Shown here in pieces: positions 59,405-64,000 of a DNA stretch of 64,000 nt. Below the pieces are notes generated by a model. The model saw only the letters and a list, made by a program, of their open reading frames with translations, had not been told where the DNA came from and did not search any database. The DNA is from an uncultured Gammaproteobacteria bacterium (GTDB lineage: Bacteria; Patescibacteriota; Microgenomatia; Daviesbacterales; UBA10151): contig CAZFYQ010000005.1 of NCBI GenBank assembly GCA_964523905.1, forward strand, positions 10,299-74,298, given 5' to 3'. The position numbers and the translations under genes were made by a program. Within the stretch, counting starts at the first letter, position 1, and each line of letters starts with the position of its first letter.

Positions 59405-59770
59405 ATGAGAAACCTCGAACCTAAAATATATAGGCAAAGGCTTATTATTGAGGGTCACTACACACGAAAAGTCGTCGATGGTGAAATAATCAGAGATTAC
59501 TTGGCAGAATTGTCAAAAGTTTTAGAAATGAGGATATTTTCTGGCCCCTTTTCCTGGCCTCCTGACAAATGGGATCACCCAGAAGTTCCACTATTCGAGC
59601 TAAATGGATTTGTTGCCTGGACAGAATCAGGGGCACACGTTTATGCCTGGAGAAAAGTTAAATTTTTTACCTCCGATATTTATAGTTGCAAACCTTTTAA
59701 TTCTAAAAAAGTTATTAAGTTTACTAAAGATTTTTTTATGTCTGAAGATTTGGTTCAACAAGAGATATAA
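59405..59770 (+). CDS. S-adenosylmethionine decarboxylase-like proenzyme
   Basis: WTESGAHVYAW (ES cleavage site), DIYSCKPF. Confidence 0.78.
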   Translation: MRNLEPKIYRQRLIIEGHYTRKVVDGEIIRDYLAELSKVLEMRIFSGPFSWPPDKWDHPEVPLFELNGFVAWTESGAHVYAWRKVKFFTSDIYSCKPFNSKKVIKFTKDFFMSEDLVQQEI

Positions 59771-59784
59771 ATATTAGCCACTGG

Positions 59785-60933
59785 CTAAACTAACAGCACC
59801 TTTAATAATTCCTTGGCAGCTTTTTCCCAAGAAAATTTTTGGGCTTGAATTAGTCCCAGTTTTGAATATTTTTGTCGGAGTTTATGATCTGTTACCATAA
59901 CCCTGATGGCTTGTTCAATTTGATCAATTGAATAAGGATTAATTAAGATCCCGGCATTGCCTACTACTTCCGGCAATGATGACACATTGGAGACTATCAC
60001 TGGAGTACCTGTTGCCATTGCCTCTGCAACTGGGATACCAAATCCTTCATACAAAGAAGGTAGAATAAAAGCTTCTGCACCAGATAGCAAATGCACTAAA
60101 TCATAAGTTTCCACAAAACCCGGAAACTTGACCCGATCTTCAACCTGAAGTCTTTTAGGAGTTGCCAGAATTTCTTCAAATTTCCACCCCTGTTGACCTT
60201 CTCCGGTAGTCTTACCAGCTATTACCAACTGCAAATTCCCTTCAATCCTAGCAAATGCTTCAGTTAATCTCACCAGATTTTTCCTAGGCTGAATTGTTCC
60301 TATATATATAATGTAGTTATTTTTTATTTGATATTTTTTCTTAGCTTCTTCAATTTTAACTTTTTCATTCTCGCTGGAAAAAGAACCATTCTTTTTTTTC
60401 ATTTTAAACTTTGTTTGATCAAAACCCGGATAAATTACAGTAACTTTTTCTTTAGCCAAATGATAATCTTGCAAAATATCCTTTTTGGAGGAGTTGGAAA
60501 TAGTTACTATCTGATCTGCATTTTCCGCTGTAAATTTAGTGCCATTAGTTAACTGCCATAAATCTTTTTTTTCAAACATTTCGGGAAAATGTAAAAAAGA
60601 CATATCAAAAATAGTGGCGATTTTCTTTACCGAACTTGGTGCAAATCGAGGAATATAATGTGTTGGTGAGAAAAAAACATCCGGTTTATCTTTACTTAAA
60701 AATAATTCCTTAGGCAAAGCAATTTTGGTCCACAATTTTTTGGGTTTTAAAATTTTATACTGCCAATTAGTCCGGGGCTTTGGTAAATCACCCAAAGGAT
60801 CTGATGGCAATAAAATTGTGTAGCTGTTTTTCCGGTCCAGTTTTTCTAAATGATTAATCAATTCATAAGCCCACTGGGAAGATCCTAAGCGTTGTTTTAC
60901 ATTAGCCTCATATCCATCAATCCAAATTTTCAT
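59785..60933 (-). CDS. family 4 glycosyltransferase
   Basis: [23 protein letters not shown]. Confidence 0.93.
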   Translation of the reverse strand: MKIWIDGYEANVKQRLGSSQWAYELINHLEKLDRKNSYTILLPSDPLGDLPKPRTNWQYKILKPKKLWTKIALPKELFLSKDKPDVFFSPTHYIPRFAPSSVKKIATIFDMSFLHFPEMFEKKDLWQLTNGTKFTAENADQIVTISNSSKKDILQDYHLAKEKVTVIYPGFDQTKFKMKKKNGSFSSENEKVKIEEAKKKYQIKNNYIIYIGTIQPRKNLVRLTEAFARIEGNLQLVIAGKTTGEGQQGWKFEEILATPKRLQVEDRVKFPGFVETYDLVHLLSGAEAFILPSLYEGFGIPVAEAMATGTPVIVSNVSSLPEVVGNAGILINPYSIDQIEQAIRVMVTDHKLRQKYSKLGLIQAQKFSWEKAAKELLKVLLV

Positions 60934-61946
60934 CGCATTAATTCCTTATATACCTCAAAGGTTTCCTTAGCATTTTTCTCCCAGGAGAATTTTTTCACCT
61001 GCTCTAAACCTTTCTTGACTAAATCTGTTCTTAGATTTTGATCATTCATTATTTCAGTTAACTTTTCTTTGATATCATCGATATTCCTTGGATTAACATA
61101 CAATGCTGCATTCCCACCCACCTCTGGCATTGAAGAAATGTTAGAAGTAATCACCGGTACTCCACAAGCCATGGAATCGACTATCGGCAAACCAAAGCCC
61201 TCATACAACGAACAGTAAACTAAAACCGTGGCTGATCCAAATAATAATTCTAGCTCTTCAATAGTTAACCAAGGAATAGTTTGTCCGGCAATCACCAAAT
61301 GATAATCTTTGGCTGCTTCTTTAATGCGGTCCAAATTTCTTCTTTCTCCAATGCCACCAATTGCCAACACGAAGTTTTCCGGTAAATTATATTTTTCCTT
61401 AAATTGTTTAATTTTTACATCAGTCGATGGTTTAAAATCTGCAGTCGCTCCTTCATAAATTACTTTAATTTTATCCTCTGGAATAGATGAAACTTCCATT
61501 AAATCTTTTTTCGTAGACTCTGAAACCGCAATTACCATATCAATTTCCTCTTGTACTAATTGCAGTCTTCTCTTATGCACTGCCACAATTTTAGGATGAG
61601 ACCACTCAGGATATTTTATCGGCACTAAATCATGATAAGTAGTTACCTTCTTGGCCTTGGAAGGAGGCTGAATCCAATCGCTAGAATGAAATACATCAAT
61701 TGGTCCAATAAACTTTTCAATTGGGACATTTCTCCAGCGATTAAACAGCATTTCAAACAAAGATGGCGGTAGTTTGTATTTCTTGACATGTTTTAAGGAT
61801 CCTTTGTAGGGTTTTCTAAGTGATGAATAAAAATATGCCATTTCTAAATCATTAAGTTTTGACAATTGTTCCGTTAGATTCCGGGTATAGGTATTCACTC
61901 CCCCTAGATGAGCTAATTGTGAGATATCCATCCCAACGCGTAACAT
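60930..61946 (-). CDS. family 4 glycosyltransferase
   Basis: TYHDL, VSESTK, SLYEGFGLP. Confidence 0.92.
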   Translation of the reverse strand: MLRVGMDISQLAHLGGVNTYTRNLTEQLSKLNDLEMAYFYSSLRKPYKGSLKHVKKYKLPPSLFEMLFNRWRNVPIEKFIGPIDVFHSSDWIQPPSKAKKVTTYHDLVPIKYPEWSHPKIVAVHKRRLQLVQEEIDMVIAVSESTKKDLMEVSSIPEDKIKVIYEGATADFKPSTDVKIKQFKEKYNLPENFVLAIGGIGERRNLDRIKEAAKDYHLVIAGQTIPWLTIEELELLFGSATVLVYCSLYEGFGLPIVDSMACGVPVITSNISSMPEVGGNAALYVNPRNIDDIKEKLTEIMNDQNLRTDLVKKGLEQVKKFSWEKNAKETFEVYKELMR

Positions 61947-61963
61947 GAATTAATTGTAGCAGA

Positions 61964-63328
61964 TTAAGGGACTTTGCGGCGCATAATTTGCGTTGTCCCA
62001 ACCTGATCTATTAGCTGATAATTTTCATTAATGTATTGATCAATTTCTTTACCGAATTCAGTAATTGGTTGATCCTCAATTTTTACAGTTCGATCAGACA
62101 CAATAATATTTGGCTTATCTTGCTTGATGCCATTTAGTATGCGACCTTCTGCTACTTTAAAAAACCAAGGAAATTGAAATACAAATATATTTCCGGCCGG
62201 CCTGGTTTTAGTCATTTGGTACAGGCCAGGTGAAGCTCCGAAGATAAATATAGTTTGCCCATAATCTGCATAGGAATGAATTTTACTGGCTAATAATTTG
62301 GTTTGTGGGTCAAAAAATAAAACTTGATTACTAATATGGCCTTTGTAAAAAATACCCAACCACCAAACTGCAATTAGCGAATAGGTCAGCAATAAGATTT
62401 TCAGCAACTTTTGATTAAACAACTGATAAATTCCTAAAGTACTGGCCAACAATACGAAAGGAAGCGACGGCTGAAAATGCACAAAATCAGCGCGGTCAAA
62501 AATTCCAGCCATAGACCCCAACAAAAATAACAGCAAAACAATGGCCATTTTTCTGTCCTTTAGGAAAAAAAGTAATAAGCCACCGCTATAAACCAGTAAT
62601 GGTCTGGCAATTAAACCAAAAGTCGTAGGGGCAGTAGTGCCATATTTGGCAAACACCGTTAGATTAAAAACTACAGTCCAATACCAAAAATCCGCTAAAA
62701 CACCAATACTAAATAGATAAAGCAACATTAATCCCACTGGTAAAACCAATCCAGTAATATACCTAAGGACCATCCTTATATCCCTAACCTCCCAAATCAT
62801 CCAAACTAACACTAGTCCTCCCAAAGGAATAAGAGTCTGCTTAAACACTATTCCTAACCCAAGAAATATACCCGTTAAAAAATACTTTTTCCTTAGGTGA
62901 AAATAAAAAGCCGGCAAGAGTAACAATGGTAAAAAGCTATCAATCCATAAAACCCAGCCTTCAAAAAATGGCTGCCATATTAGATATAAAACATTTACCA
63001 GCAGTGCTTTTTTTCTGCTTTTTAAAATTGAGGCAGCAATGAAAAAGAGCAGTAAATGAACAAGGATAATAATTCCCATCGACCAGTATCTGGCAATAAC
63101 TTCATTATTCATTCCTAAATTATCCAAATTTACTGGTAGAAACATCAGCCCTGGGAAATGCTGATCCAAAATCTGAGAATACGGTTTTAATCCATGATTA
63201 GTTAGATAGGGATAAACAAATAATTCCGGGTATGGAAAATAGATTAATTTAGTCAGTATAAAAACATGACCTAAAATAATTATTAAAAGTATGGGTATAG
63301 CAAATTTACCTAACATAATGATAAACAA
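61964..63328 (-). CDS. GT-C-like membrane protein
   Basis: PYSQILDQHFPG, FKQT; many TMs and a soluble C-terminal domain. Confidence 0.72.
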   Translation of the reverse strand: MFIIMLGKFAIPILLIIILGHVFILTKLIYFPYPELFVYPYLTNHGLKPYSQILDQHFPGLMFLPVNLDNLGMNNEVIARYWSMGIIILVHLLLFFIAASILKSRKKALLVNVLYLIWQPFFEGWVLWIDSFLPLLLLPAFYFHLRKKYFLTGIFLGLGIVFKQTLIPLGGLVLVWMIWEVRDIRMVLRYITGLVLPVGLMLLYLFSIGVLADFWYWTVVFNLTVFAKYGTTAPTTFGLIARPLLVYSGGLLLFFLKDRKMAIVLLLFLLGSMAGIFDRADFVHFQPSLPFVLLASTLGIYQLFNQKLLKILLLTYSLIAVWWLGIFYKGHISNQVLFFDPQTKLLASKIHSYADYGQTIFIFGASPGLYQMTKTRPAGNIFVFQFPWFFKVAEGRILNGIKQDKPNIIVSDRTVKIEDQPITEFGKEIDQYINENYQLIDQVGTTQIMRRKVP

Positions 63329-64000
63329 ATCCTAAACCGTTAAAATCCCGGGTTTCTTTAATTTTATACCCTAATTCATTCAGATTCTGGGCAACTAATC
63401 GATTTGGGTCACTGATTTGCACTAAATAATCTACTAAAAATACATTGCTTGATCCATTGATCATTGCATTTAAATCCTCTATCTCATTACTGTTACGAGC
63501 AGGGAAGGTTTTTAGGGCACCATAAGCCTTGATTCGATTCTTTGCATAGTAATCAAATGGCGGAAAGGTTCCCGAACTTTCAAATAACACTACTGATTGA
63601 TTCTGTATATTTAGAAAATTCACCAGGCCTTTCCAGTTTTCTCTTTGGTAGCTGGGATTAAACAAATAAATTAAACTGGAAAATATTTCTACTGCTGTTA
63701 TCACAACAAAAAAAGTATTCCGCAGATTTCTTTGATAAGAAAAAATTCCCAAGGCAACCAGAATAATAAAAGCTGGCAATATATAAAGCAGTCGAAAGTA
63801 TTCATAAATTGGTATTACCAAAGAAATAAGAGAAGCTAAAATAATTGGTACTACCAGCCAAGAAGATAATAAGTTTTTATAGAAAGTCATGGCTTTTTTA
63901 TAACCCCTTAACAGCAGCCATATAAACAATAGACAAACCGGTATTAGAGCTGAATAATAGATCAGTTTATCCGGATAGCTTATTCTGCCAATAATGAATT
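63306..64000 (-). CDS. GT-C-like membrane protein, 3' part (probably starts beyond the window)
   Basis: FRLLYILP, RENWKGLV, FDYY; the track start looks internal. Confidence 0.65.
   Translation of the reverse strand, partial: FIIGRISYPDKLIYYSALIPVCLLFIWLLLRGYKKAMTFYKNLLSSWLVVPIILASLISLVIPIYEYFRLLYILPAFIILVALGIFSYQRNLRNTFFVVITAVEIFSSLIYLFNPSYQRENWKGLVNFLNIQNQSVVLFESSGTFPPFDYYAKNRIKAYGALKTFPARNSNEIEDLNAMINGSSNVFLVDYLVQISDPNRLVAQNLNELGYKIKETRDFNGLGFVYHYVR

Noticed and set aside
60345-60410. Lys-rich stretch [17 protein letters not shown] in a GT4 as another repeat insertion
   Set aside because: No clear periodicity or second copy
539-60552. Short antisense or nested ORFs in the track (e.g. 539, 2206, 4186, 28124, 38496, 47520)
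   Set aside because: They are shadows of well-supported genes on the other strand or frame
1-64000. Alternative genetic code, prophage or rRNA
   Set aside because: Core genes are full length under code 11 with TGA used as stop; no phage hallmark genes or rRNA-like sequence seen

Overview
Low-GC, gene-dense bacterial chromosome segment read with the standard genetic code. Gene content and style suggest a Patescibacteria/CPR organism, probably Microgenomates (inference). The backbone is mostly on the minus strand: the 5' end of dnaE, gatCAB, htpX/SET/lemA/polX, a wzx/GT2/O-antigen-ligase group, lepB, parB, rpmA/rplU, rodA, ileS, a reduced dcw cluster (mraZ to ftsZ), glyQS, recO and a long glycosyltransferase cluster. 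Four intact tRNAs are present: Asp-GTC, Thr-CGT, Gly-CCC and Val-CAC. Most notable features: (1) a relic 5' copy of tRNA-Gly split by two homologous double-hairpin inserts, one carrying nested hairpins, followed by a GIY-YIG nuclease gene that runs into an intact tRNA-Gly; a similar hairpin-interrupted tRNA relic lies upstream of tRNA-Val. (2) A RAYT (Y1 HUH) transposase flanked by inverted 40-bp REP-like repeats, inside a 45-bp duplication of the ftsI 3' end; two more copies of that repeat follow orphan genes stacked at the tRNA-Val 3' end. (3) Several palindromic or heptamer repeats sitting in frame inside conserved genes. (4) Many -10 boxes placed just upstream of start codons. (5) Unusual enzyme variants: a possibly circularly permuted HAD protein, IleRS with GVHH, MurA with Asp115 and a truncated MurB.
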